Below, in pieces: positions 25,445 through 32,000 of a stretch of 32,000 nt of DNA (positions within the stretch are counted from its first letter, which is position 1; every line of letters starts with the position of its first letter). Location: contig NC_008789.1 in the NCBI RefSeq assembly GCF_000015585.1, forward strand, positions 870,001-902,000. The letters run 5' to 3'. Origin of the DNA: Halorhodospira halophila SL1. GTDB lineage: Bacteria > Pseudomonadota > Gammaproteobacteria > Nitrococcales > Halorhodospiraceae. Under the pieces are notes generated by a model. It saw nothing but the letters and a program-made list of their open reading frames with translations. It searched no databases and was not told the origin of the DNA. Both the position numbers and the translations under genes were made by a program.

Positions 25445-26952
25445 GGCAGGTACTCCTGTTCGACGATGCGCACAGCCCAGCTCAGCGGCGAGAACTCCGC
25501 CGCCGCCAGGACGCCGGCGAGCAGCGCCGCCGCGGCGGTGAACAGCGCCGGATAGAGCAGCCAGCGGTGGGTCTCGGCGCTACTGCTCGTCCCCACCCCG
25601 CCGGGGCCGCCGGCCGGTTCCGGCAGCAGCCAGATGCGCCGGAGCACCGGCAGGAAGTAGGCGGCGTTGAGCAGGGTGCTGGCCACCAGCACCGCCAGCA
25701 CCCAGTAGAGCTCCTGGGCCAGCGCACCCAGCCCCAGGTGCCACTTGCTGATGAACCCGGCGATGGGCGGGAAGCCGATCATCCCCAGGGCGCCGATGGT
25801 AAAGGCGATGGAGGTCAGCGGCATGCGCCGGCCGACGCCGTTGAGCGACCCGATGCGGTGGATGTCCAGGGTCTCGGCGTAGTTGCCGGCGCAGAAGAAC
25901 AGGGTGATCTTCATCAGCCCCTGGTGGACCAGGTGCACCAGCCCGCCAATGAGCGCCAGCGGCCCGCCCATGGCCACGCCCAGGGTGATGAACGAGACCT
26001 GACTGACCGTGGAGAAGGCCAGGCGACGCTTGATCTCCACCTGGGCCAGGGCGCGCACCGAGCCGTAGAGGATGGTCACCGCCGCCAGCACGGCCAGCAC
26101 CGGGGTGACGTGGAGATCGGTGGCCACGGTGTGGCCGAAGACGTCCTGGACGATGCGCACCACGCCGAAGGCGCCGGCCTTGACCACGGCCACGGCGTGG
26201 AGCAGCGCACTGACCGGCGCCGGCGCCACCATGGCGATGGGCAGCCACGCCTGCAGCGGGAAGAGCGCCGCCTTGACCGCCACCCCGGCGAGCAGCAGCC
26301 CCAGCACCGCGGTGGCGGCCCCCGGCGCCTGCCCTGCCCACTCGGCCACCGCCGCCACCCCGCCCGGGGTGAAGGGCTGATCGCCCACCGCGGCGTAGAG
26401 CGCCACGGTGCCGGCGAGCAGCGCCATGCCGCCGCCGAGGGTGTAGGCCAGGTAGGTGCGCCCGGCGCTCAGCGCCGCCGGGTGACCGCGGTGGACCACC
26501 AGCGGGTAGGTGGCCAGGGTCAGCGCCTCGTAGAAGAGCAGGAAGGTGAACAGGTTGCCGGCCAGGGCGATGCCGAAGGTGGCGGCCACGCACAGCGAGA
26601 AGAAGCCGAAGAAGCGCGCCCGCTGCGCCGAGTTCTCCAGGTAGGCGACGGCGTAGACGGTGGTCACCAGCCACAGCACCGCCGAGAGCATGGCGAAGAG
26701 CAACGCCAGCGGATCCGCCGCCAGGCGGAAGGTCACGCCGGGGAGGATCTCCCAGGCCACCACGTAGCTCTGCCCCTGGACGAAGCCGTGGACCAGCAGG
26801 GCCACCAGGATCAGCTTGACGCTGGCACCGAAGAGGTTCCAGAAGGTGCGCTGGCGGCGGCGCTCGTCGCGCAGGGCGAAGATGATCACCGCGGTGAGCA
26901 GCGAGGCCAGCAGCGCCCACAGCGGCAGCAGCGCGTGGAGTGTATCGATCAT
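25441..26952 (-). CDS. mrpD: Mrp/NDH-1 antiporter-like subunit (MrpD/NuoM-like), second copy
   Basis: VKAALFPLQAWLPIAMVAPAPVSALLHAVAVVKAG and AFSTVSQVSF. The ATG at 26952 overlaps the upstream stop (ATGA). The track extension to 27051 was rejected. Confidence 0.8.
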   Translation of the reverse strand: MIDTLHALLPLWALLASLLTAVIIFALRDERRRQRTFWNLFGASVKLILVALLVHGFVQGQSYVVAWEILPGVTFRLAADPLALLFAMLSAVLWLVTTVYAVAYLENSAQRARFFGFFSLCVAATFGIALAGNLFTFLLFYEALTLATYPLVVHRGHPAALSAGRTYLAYTLGGGMALLAGTVALYAAVGDQPFTPGGVAAVAEWAGQAPGAATAVLGLLLAGVAVKAALFPLQAWLPIAMVAPAPVSALLHAVAVVKAGAFGVVRIVQDVFGHTVATDLHVTPVLAVLAAVTILYGSVRALAQVEIKRRLAFSTVSQVSFITLGVAMGGPLALIGGLVHLVHQGLMKITLFFCAGNYAETLDIHRIGSLNGVGRRMPLTSIAFTIGALGMIGFPPIAGFISKWHLGLGALAQELYWVLAVLVASTLLNAAYFLPVLRRIWLLPEPAGGPGGVGTSSSAETHRWLLYPALFTAAAALLAGVLAAAEFSPLSWAVRIVEQEYLP

Positions 26953-28412
26953 TCCAGCCCCTCCGGTGCGCCCTGCTCGAGCAGCCCCAGCGCCGGCATG
27001 GCGCTGATCCCCAGGGCGTAGACCACCAGCACCAGCAGCAGCGGCACCCACTCCATGATCCGCGGCACCCGCTGCGCCGGGCGCACCTCGGTGTACCCGG
27101 CCGGCGGCGCGGCGTGGGCCAGCGCCAGCACGCGGAAGGCGTAGGCGGCGGCGAGCACGCTACCGAGGATGATCACCACCGCCCACAGCCACTGCCCGCC
27201 GCTGATGGCGCCGCTGAGCAGCAGCCACTTGGCCAGGAAGCCGCCGCTGGGCGGCAAGGCCATGAGGCTGGCGAAGGCCAGCCCCAGGGTCAGCACGGTG
27301 ATCGACAGGTACGGCGTGAGCCCGCGCAGCCCCTCGAGCCGGTCGTGACCGAGGCTGTAGAGCATGTTGCCGGCGGCCAGGAAGGCGGCGGACTTGGCGA
27401 AGCCGTGGGCCAGGGCGTGGTAGGCCACCCCCTGCCAGGCCTGCACCGCGGCGGCGGGGACCACCACCAGCGGCAGGAGCAGCAGCAGGTAGCCGAGCTG
27501 GGCGATGGTCGAGTAGGCGATGACCTGCTTGAGCCGGGGCTGGCGCAGGGCCTGCAGCGAGCCGTAGAGCACCGCCAGCGCCCCCAGGGCGCCGATCAGC
27601 CAACCCATGTAGGTGCTCAGCAGCACCGGGAAGACCCACAGCCACAGGCGCAGCACCAGGTAGATGCCGGCCTTGGCAACCAGCGCCGAGAGCGCCGCGC
27701 TGGCCGGCGCCGGGGCGTTACTGTGCGCCGGCATCAGCCAGATGTGCAGCGGAAAGACCGCCGCCTTGGCGAACAGTCCGGCGGTGATCAGCGCCGCCGC
27801 CACGGCGGTGTAGCCATCGGCGCCGACCAGCTCGCCGACCTCGCGCAGGTGCAGGGTGCCGGTGCCGCCGTAGAGCAGCGCCACCCCCAGCAGGTAGGCC
27901 AGGGAACCGAGCAGGGCCAGCAGCAGGTAGCGCATGGCCGCGCCCAGCGAGGGCCGGTCGCCGGCCATGGCCGCCAGCGGAGCCGCCGTGAGGGTGAGCA
28001 GCTCCAGCATGACGTAGAGGTTGAACAGGTCCGCCGAGAGGAAGGTGCCGTTGAGGGTGGCCCACTGCACCAGCCACAGCGGCCAGAACAGCTCGGTGTT
28101 GTAGCCCTTGCCGCGCAGGTAGGGGCCGGCGTAGAGGGTCACCGCCAGCCCCACCACGGCGGTCATGCCGAGCATCAGGGCCGAGAGGCCGTCGGCGTAG
28201 AGCTCCACGCCCAGCGGCGGCTCCCAACCACCCAGGTGGTGGCTCTGCGGGCCGTGCTCGGCCACCTGACGAACCACGTCGGCCACCGTCGCCACGGTGG
28301 CCAGGGCGCCGAGCAGGGGCAGCCACGGCGCCCGCCGGGCGCGCACCAGGAAGACCACCAGCGCGGTGAGCAGCGGCAGGAAGAAAGCCAGCGGCAGCGA
28401 CACCCCGGCCAC
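26949..28412 (-). CDS. mrpD: Mrp antiporter subunit D (MnhD-like), first copy
   Basis: LGGWEPPLGVELYADGLSALML, the MnhD-type opening; FAKAAVFPLHIWLMPAHSNAPAPASAALSALVAKAG; AYSTIAQLGY. GTG start at 28412. Confidence 0.85.
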   Translation of the reverse strand: MAGVSLPLAFFLPLLTALVVFLVRARRAPWLPLLGALATVATVADVVRQVAEHGPQSHHLGGWEPPLGVELYADGLSALMLGMTAVVGLAVTLYAGPYLRGKGYNTELFWPLWLVQWATLNGTFLSADLFNLYVMLELLTLTAAPLAAMAGDRPSLGAAMRYLLLALLGSLAYLLGVALLYGGTGTLHLREVGELVGADGYTAVAAALITAGLFAKAAVFPLHIWLMPAHSNAPAPASAALSALVAKAGIYLVLRLWLWVFPVLLSTYMGWLIGALGALAVLYGSLQALRQPRLKQVIAYSTIAQLGYLLLLLPLVVVPAAAVQAWQGVAYHALAHGFAKSAAFLAAGNMLYSLGHDRLEGLRGLTPYLSITVLTLGLAFASLMALPPSGGFLAKWLLLSGAISGGQWLWAVVIILGSVLAAAYAFRVLALAHAAPPAGYTEVRPAQRVPRIMEWVPLLLVLVVYALGISAMPALGLLEQGAPEGLE

Positions 28413-28415
28413 GGT

Positions 28416-28718
28416 CTAGTCCTCGTCCTCGGGCAGGTGGTTGAGGCCGGTCTCGGCGTAGTAGCGGCGCGCCAGCACCAGGGCGAAGGCGGTGGCGCTG
28501 ACGGCGATGACGATACCGGTGAGCACCATGGCGTGGGGCACCGGATCGACGTAGTCGGGATCGCGCCGGGCCAGGGCCACCAGCAGCAGGAAGACGGAGT
28601 TGCCGAGGACGTTCACCGCCAGGATGCGGCGCAACAGGTGGCGCCGGGTGATCAGCCCGTAGATGCCGATCCCCGCCAGGGCACCGGCGATCAGGCAGTA
28701 GAAGGCGGCCTGGGTCAC
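28416..28718 (-). CDS. mrpC: Mrp antiporter subunit C (NuoK-like)
   Basis: GIYGLITRRHLLRRILAVNVLGNSVFLLLVAL...DPVPHAMVLTGIVIAVSATAFALVL. The GTG at 28718 overlaps the upstream stop (GTGA). Confidence 0.8.
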   Translation of the reverse strand: MTQAAFYCLIAGALAGIGIYGLITRRHLLRRILAVNVLGNSVFLLLVALARRDPDYVDPVPHAMVLTGIVIAVSATAFALVLARRYYAETGLNHLPEDED

Positions 28719-29680
28719 CGCACCTCCCCGCGCAGCCCGCCGGAGCCGCTGAACAGCAGGACCAGCGGCAGGGCGATGGCGAGCATCAGCGCCGTCTCGA
28801 TGATCAGGATGAGCTCGTAGGTCCACGCCTCGGGATAGTCGAGCACCGCCGAGGCCACCCCGGCACCGGCCAGGCCGATGGCGGTGAACAGGACCAGCCC
28901 GCCGACCAGGGCCAGGCGTTCAGCGAAGCTGGTCTCCTCCGTGGGACGCAGCCGTCCGGTCAGGCGCAGCAGCACCCCGAGGGCGGCGAGCACGGCACCG
29001 GCCTGGAAGGCACCACCGGGCTGATCCGCGCCGGCCCAGAGCAGGTAGCCGGCGGCGAGCACCGTCATCGGCCCGACGAAGGCGATGAGCGGCTGGACGA
29101 GCAGCGGCTCGCGGTAACTGGCGCGCAGCCAGTCGCCGGGGCCGGCGTGGACCAGGTCCTGGGCCACCACCCGGGCGGCGAGGAAGGCGACGAAGAGCAC
29201 CACCACCTCGGCCAGGGTGTCGATGCTGCGGAAGTTCAGCAGCACGGCGGTGACCGGGTTATCCACCCCGCTCTCCTCCAGGCGCGCCAGGGCGAGGCGG
29301 CCGGCGGTCTGCTCCGGCGGCTCGAGGCCCACCACCGCCCAGCCGATGCCGGCGATCAGCGCCCCGGCCAGGACGGCCACGGTCACCGCCGCCCACGGCG
29401 GCACCGGCGGCGGGGGCGAGTCGCTGCCGTCGTCGCGGCTATCCGGCGGCAGCAGGGCGCGGTAGGCGGAGAGCAGCAGTGCGCCGGTGATCCCGGCGCC
29501 GATGGCCGCCTCGGCCAGGGCCAGGTCCGGCGCCGCCAGGCGTGCCCAGGTCACCGCCATGAGCAGGCCGAAGACGATGAACAGCACCACGCTGCGGAAC
29601 AGCATGCGGGTGGCGACGATCTGCCAGGCCAGCCCGAGCAGGCCACCGGCGAGCAGCAGGTCGAAGGCCCAGTCGATCAC
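28715..29680 (-). CDS. mrpB: Fused DUF4040 (MbhD / MrpA-C-terminal-like) + MnhB domain subunit
   Basis: The N-terminal part reads RSVVLFIVFGLLMAVTWARLAAPDLALAEAAIGAGITGALLL (DUF4040-like). The C-terminal part reads ESGVDNPVTAVLLNFRSIDTLAEVVVL and WAGADQPGGAFQAGAVLA (MnhB-like). The GTG at 29680 overlaps the mrpG stop (GTGA). Confidence 0.7.
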   Translation of the reverse strand: MIDWAFDLLLAGGLLGLAWQIVATRMLFRSVVLFIVFGLLMAVTWARLAAPDLALAEAAIGAGITGALLLSAYRALLPPDSRDDGSDSPPPPVPPWAAVTVAVLAGALIAGIGWAVVGLEPPEQTAGRLALARLEESGVDNPVTAVLLNFRSIDTLAEVVVLFVAFLAARVVAQDLVHAGPGDWLRASYREPLLVQPLIAFVGPMTVLAAGYLLWAGADQPGGAFQAGAVLAALGVLLRLTGRLRPTEETSFAERLALVGGLVLFTAIGLAGAGVASAVLDYPEAWTYELILIIETALMLAIALPLVLLFSGSGGLRGEVR

Positions 29681-29982
29681 GGCGGCGTCCTCCGCACCCC
29701 GCCCTGGGCGCGCAGCGAGAAGCGGGCGATCAGGTGCGCCGAGACGGTGGCGGCGACCAGCGCCAGCAGCCAGATCAGCAGCAGCTTGGCCGCCACCCAC
29801 AGCGACTCGGCCTGCAGCATCAGGGCCAGCACCACGCAGCCCAGGCCCAGGTTATCGGCCTTGGTCAGGGCGTGGAGCCGGGCGAAGGCCCCGGGGAAAC
29901 GCAGCAGCCCCACGGTGCCGGTGAGGAAGAAGACCCCGCCGAGCACCAGCAGCGCGGCGCTGAGGGCATCGAGCACGTCCAT
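29677..29982 (-). CDS. mrpG: Mrp antiporter subunit G
   Basis: GTVGLLRFPGAFARLHALTKADNLGLG is the MnhG/PhaG signature. The ATG at 29982 overlaps the mrpF stop by 1 nt (TGATG). Confidence 0.85.
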   Translation of the reverse strand: MDVLDALSAALLVLGGVFFLTGTVGLLRFPGAFARLHALTKADNLGLGCVVLALMLQAESLWVAAKLLLIWLLALVAATVSAHLIARFSLRAQGGVRRTPP

Positions 29983-30245
29983 CAATCCTCCCCGGCCCGG
30001 AAGCGCCGGGGGACCCGGGTGAAGGCCACGGCGATCACCGCGGCCAGGACCACAAAGAGCAGCGCCACGTCACGCAGCGCCGGCAGCGCCATGGCCTCGG
30101 CGAGAAGCAGCAGCACGGCCACGGTGGTGGTGCCGAACAGCAGCGCGGCGAGCATACGATCGGCGGCCGTGGGGCCGCGGTGAACGCGCCACAGCCCGGC
30201 GAGGAGATTGAGCAGCAGGAAGACGGCGAGGCCCAGGTCGAGCAT
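29982..30245 (-). CDS. mrpF: Mrp antiporter subunit F
   Basis: A small three-TM protein with RVHRGPTAADRMLAALLFGTTTVAVLLL (MrpF/PhaF G-P-T..DR motif). The start is taken as ATG 30245. Confidence 0.75.
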   Translation of the reverse strand: MLDLGLAVFLLLNLLAGLWRVHRGPTAADRMLAALLFGTTTVAVLLLLAEAMALPALRDVALLFVVLAAVIAVAFTRVPRRFRAGED

Positions 30246-30261
30246 CTGCACGGCGCTTACC

Positions 30262-30795
30262 TCATGCGGCGGCACCGGAGGCGGTCCCACTGAGACCGTA
30301 GACCGCGGCGACGCGGCGCTCCAGCGCCGCCACCTCGTCCTCGGCCTGCGGGGTGATGGCGTGGACGACGAGGATATCGCCGCGCAGATCCGCGGCCAAG
30401 GTGCCGGGCAGCAGGCTCACCGCCGCCACCAGGGCGACCCGGGGCTCACCGCCGGGCAGGCTGACGGCGTAACGCAGCCAGTGGCAGTGGATGGGCATGC
30501 GCGGGTGGACGGCGCGGTAGCCGACGTCCACGGCACCGATCAGCGAGCGGACCAGGAAGAAGCCGGCGAAGCGCAGCGCCGGCAGGGGGTACCAGGGGTG
30601 GATGCGGCGGCCGGCGAAGTAGACGCCCACCCCGGCGGCGGCGAGCACCGTAGCCGCGCCGAGGACACCGCCGAAGGCGCCCTCGGCGAGGATCAGCCAC
30701 AGCAGCAGCAGGACCGCCGCTGCCCGCAGGAAGCGCCCGAGCCATACCGCCGGGCCGGGGCGGAGACCGCGGTCTGGCGCCGCCCGCGGGGCCAT
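30262..30795 (-). CDS. mrpE: Mrp antiporter subunit E
   Basis: LLLWLILAEG..., FFLVRSLIGAVDVGYRAVHP and VSLLPGTLAADLRGDILVVHAI match the MnhE pattern (ITLTPGT...D......L.VH). The ATG at 30795 is 4 nt after the hemH stop. Confidence 0.7.
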   Translation of the reverse strand: MAPRAAPDRGLRPGPAVWLGRFLRAAAVLLLLWLILAEGAFGGVLGAATVLAAAGVGVYFAGRRIHPWYPLPALRFAGFFLVRSLIGAVDVGYRAVHPRMPIHCHWLRYAVSLPGGEPRVALVAAVSLLPGTLAADLRGDILVVHAITPQAEDEVAALERRVAAVYGLSGTASGAAA

Positions 30796-30799
30796 GGGG

Positions 30800-31915
30800 C
30801 TAGCGCTCGGCGCCCTGCGCCCGGGCGCGCTCGGCGGTCTCGGCGCGGCGGCGCTGCTCGGCCTCCGGGTCGCGACCGCCGTCCACCTCACGCCACCCCT
30901 GGCCGTGCTGGAGGACCAGCGCGGTCAGCGCCTCCAGGTGGTCGGGGCGGTCGTTGAGCGCCGGGATGTAGCGCAGGCGCTCACCACCGCTCTCCTCGAA
31001 GTACTCGCGATTCTCGCCGGCGATCTCCTCGAGGGTCTCCAGGCAGTCCGCCGAGAAACCGGGGCAGACCACGTCCAGGTGCTTGACGCCTTCCTGGGCC
31101 AGGCGGGTGACCGTCTCGTCGGTGTACGGCTTGAGCCACTCCTCGTTACCGAAGCGCGACTGGAAGGTGACGTCCCAGGTGCCGGGCTCCAGGCCCAGCT
31201 CCTCGGCCACCAGGCGCGAGGTCTTCAGGCACTGGCAGTGGTACGGGTCGCCATCGAGCAGGTAGCGCTCCGGTACGCCGTGGTAGGAGAAGAGCAGCCG
31301 CTCGCCACGGCCTTCGTGCTCCCAGTGCTCGCGGATGGAGCGGGCCAGCGCCTGGATGTAGACCGGCTCGTCGTGGTATTGACCCACCATGCGCAGCTCC
31401 GGCACCCAGCGCCAGCCCATCAGCTCGCGCGCCACGGCGTCGAAGGTGGAGCCGGTGGTGGAGGCGGAGTACTGCGGGTAGAGCGGCAGGACCAGGATCC
31501 GCCGCGCCCCGGACTCGCGCAGCCGGCGCAGGGCCGCCGGGATGGAGGGGTTGCCGTAGCGCATGCCCAGCTCCACGGCGAAGGGGCCGCGGTCGTTCAG
31601 CGCCTGCAGGCGCTGACGGATGCCCGCCGCCTGGCGCTGGCCGATGCTCAGCAGCGGCGAGCCGTCCTGCTCCCAGACCTCACTGTACGCGGCCGCGGAC
31701 TTCTTGGGCCGGGTACGCAGCACGATCCCGTAGAGGATCGGCCACCAGCGCCAGCGGGGGATCTCGATGACCCGCGGATCCGAGAGGAACTGGCGCAGAT
31801 AGCGGCGCAGGGCCGGTTCCGTCGGCTCATCCGGGGTGCCCAGGTTGGCGACCAGGACCCCCACGGCGGGCGCTTCATCGTGCTGGAACGTGCTCTTCGC
31901 GGAATACAGTTTCAT
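30800..31915 (-). CDS. hemH: Ferrochelatase
   Basis: VGVLVANLGTPDEPT..ALRRYLRQFLSDPRVIE, LPLYPQYSASTTGS, LLFSYHGVPERY and FQSRFG.EEWLKPYT are canonical HemH motifs. It has a ~35-aa charged C-terminal tail. Confidence 0.95.
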   Translation of the reverse strand: MKLYSAKSTFQHDEAPAVGVLVANLGTPDEPTEPALRRYLRQFLSDPRVIEIPRWRWWPILYGIVLRTRPKKSAAAYSEVWEQDGSPLLSIGQRQAAGIRQRLQALNDRGPFAVELGMRYGNPSIPAALRRLRESGARRILVLPLYPQYSASTTGSTFDAVARELMGWRWVPELRMVGQYHDEPVYIQALARSIREHWEHEGRGERLLFSYHGVPERYLLDGDPYHCQCLKTSRLVAEELGLEPGTWDVTFQSRFGNEEWLKPYTDETVTRLAQEGVKHLDVVCPGFSADCLETLEEIAGENREYFEESGGERLRYIPALNDRPDHLEALTALVLQHGQGWREVDGGRDPEAEQRRRAETAERARAQGAER

Positions 31916-32000
31916 AGGGTCCGGAGCATATCAGGAGCAACCTTGCGTTGGGGAGTTCAGCGGCGGCTGACGACGGGCAGAGGGCCTTATGGTGTGCATA

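Noticed and set aside
23552-28820. Long plus-strand ORFs (23552..25555, 25567..27021, 26940..28820) and the minus-strand off-frame ORF 25580..26920
   Set aside because: Their translations are rich in Gly, Arg, Gln, His and Pro and lack hydrophobic structure. They are antisense or off-frame to the well-supported Mrp genes, a typical GC-rich artefact.

Overview
This is a high-G+C, proteobacterial-type chromosomal window that splits into five blocks. I saw no rRNA, tRNA or CRISPR array by eye.

(1) 1..3541: an IS3-family insertion sequence (orfA/orfB with an A8 -1 frameshift site). Its orfB is split by a complete 1925-bp IS1634/IS4-like IS at 566..2490, which has terminal inverted repeats and a 5-bp ATCAT target duplication.

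(2) 3.5..8.0 kb: an eroded accessory region. It holds four type II toxin-antitoxin loci with four different antitoxin folds: Phd-PIN, RHH-PIN, yefM-yoeB and AbrB-PIN. Two of the four toxins are visibly degraded. Gene remnants lie between them: an Rpn-like fragment, the C-terminus of an SDR sugar epimerase, a tyrosine-recombinase fragment and an IS3 orfB scrap.

(3) 8.0..12.0 kb: a visibly lower-G+C four-gene envelope-glycan cassette. It encodes a Kdo/WaaP-type kinase-like protein, a family-2 glycosyltransferase, an O-antigen-ligase/Wzy_C-type membrane protein and an orphan P-loop NTPase.

(4) 12.1..21.1 kb: an LPS core/lipid A neighbourhood with unusual content. It has four more kinase-fold paralogs. 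Two of these are a convergent pair in which the catalytic Asp of HxDxxxxN is replaced by Ala. Also present are a ParB/sulfiredoxin-fold protein, a CX5R Cys-phosphatase and a PAP2 phosphatase, followed by msbA and a wecA-like GT4 enzyme. This kinase/phosphatase/ParB-Srx cluster is my best candidate for an undescribed envelope phospho-modification or regulatory system.

(5) 21.2..31.9 kb: an orphan ABC ATPase and an acidic outer-membrane beta-barrel protein, then a tightly coupled eight-gene Mrp-like cation/proton antiporter operon on the minus strand. Its order is E-F-G-(DUF4040+B)-C-D-D-D, with no MrpA. It sits directly downstream of ferrochelatase hemH.

Many long ORFs in the supplied track are antisense or off-frame shadows typical of GC-rich DNA, and I rejected them. 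All family assignments come from motif recognition by eye and need profile or structure searches to confirm.
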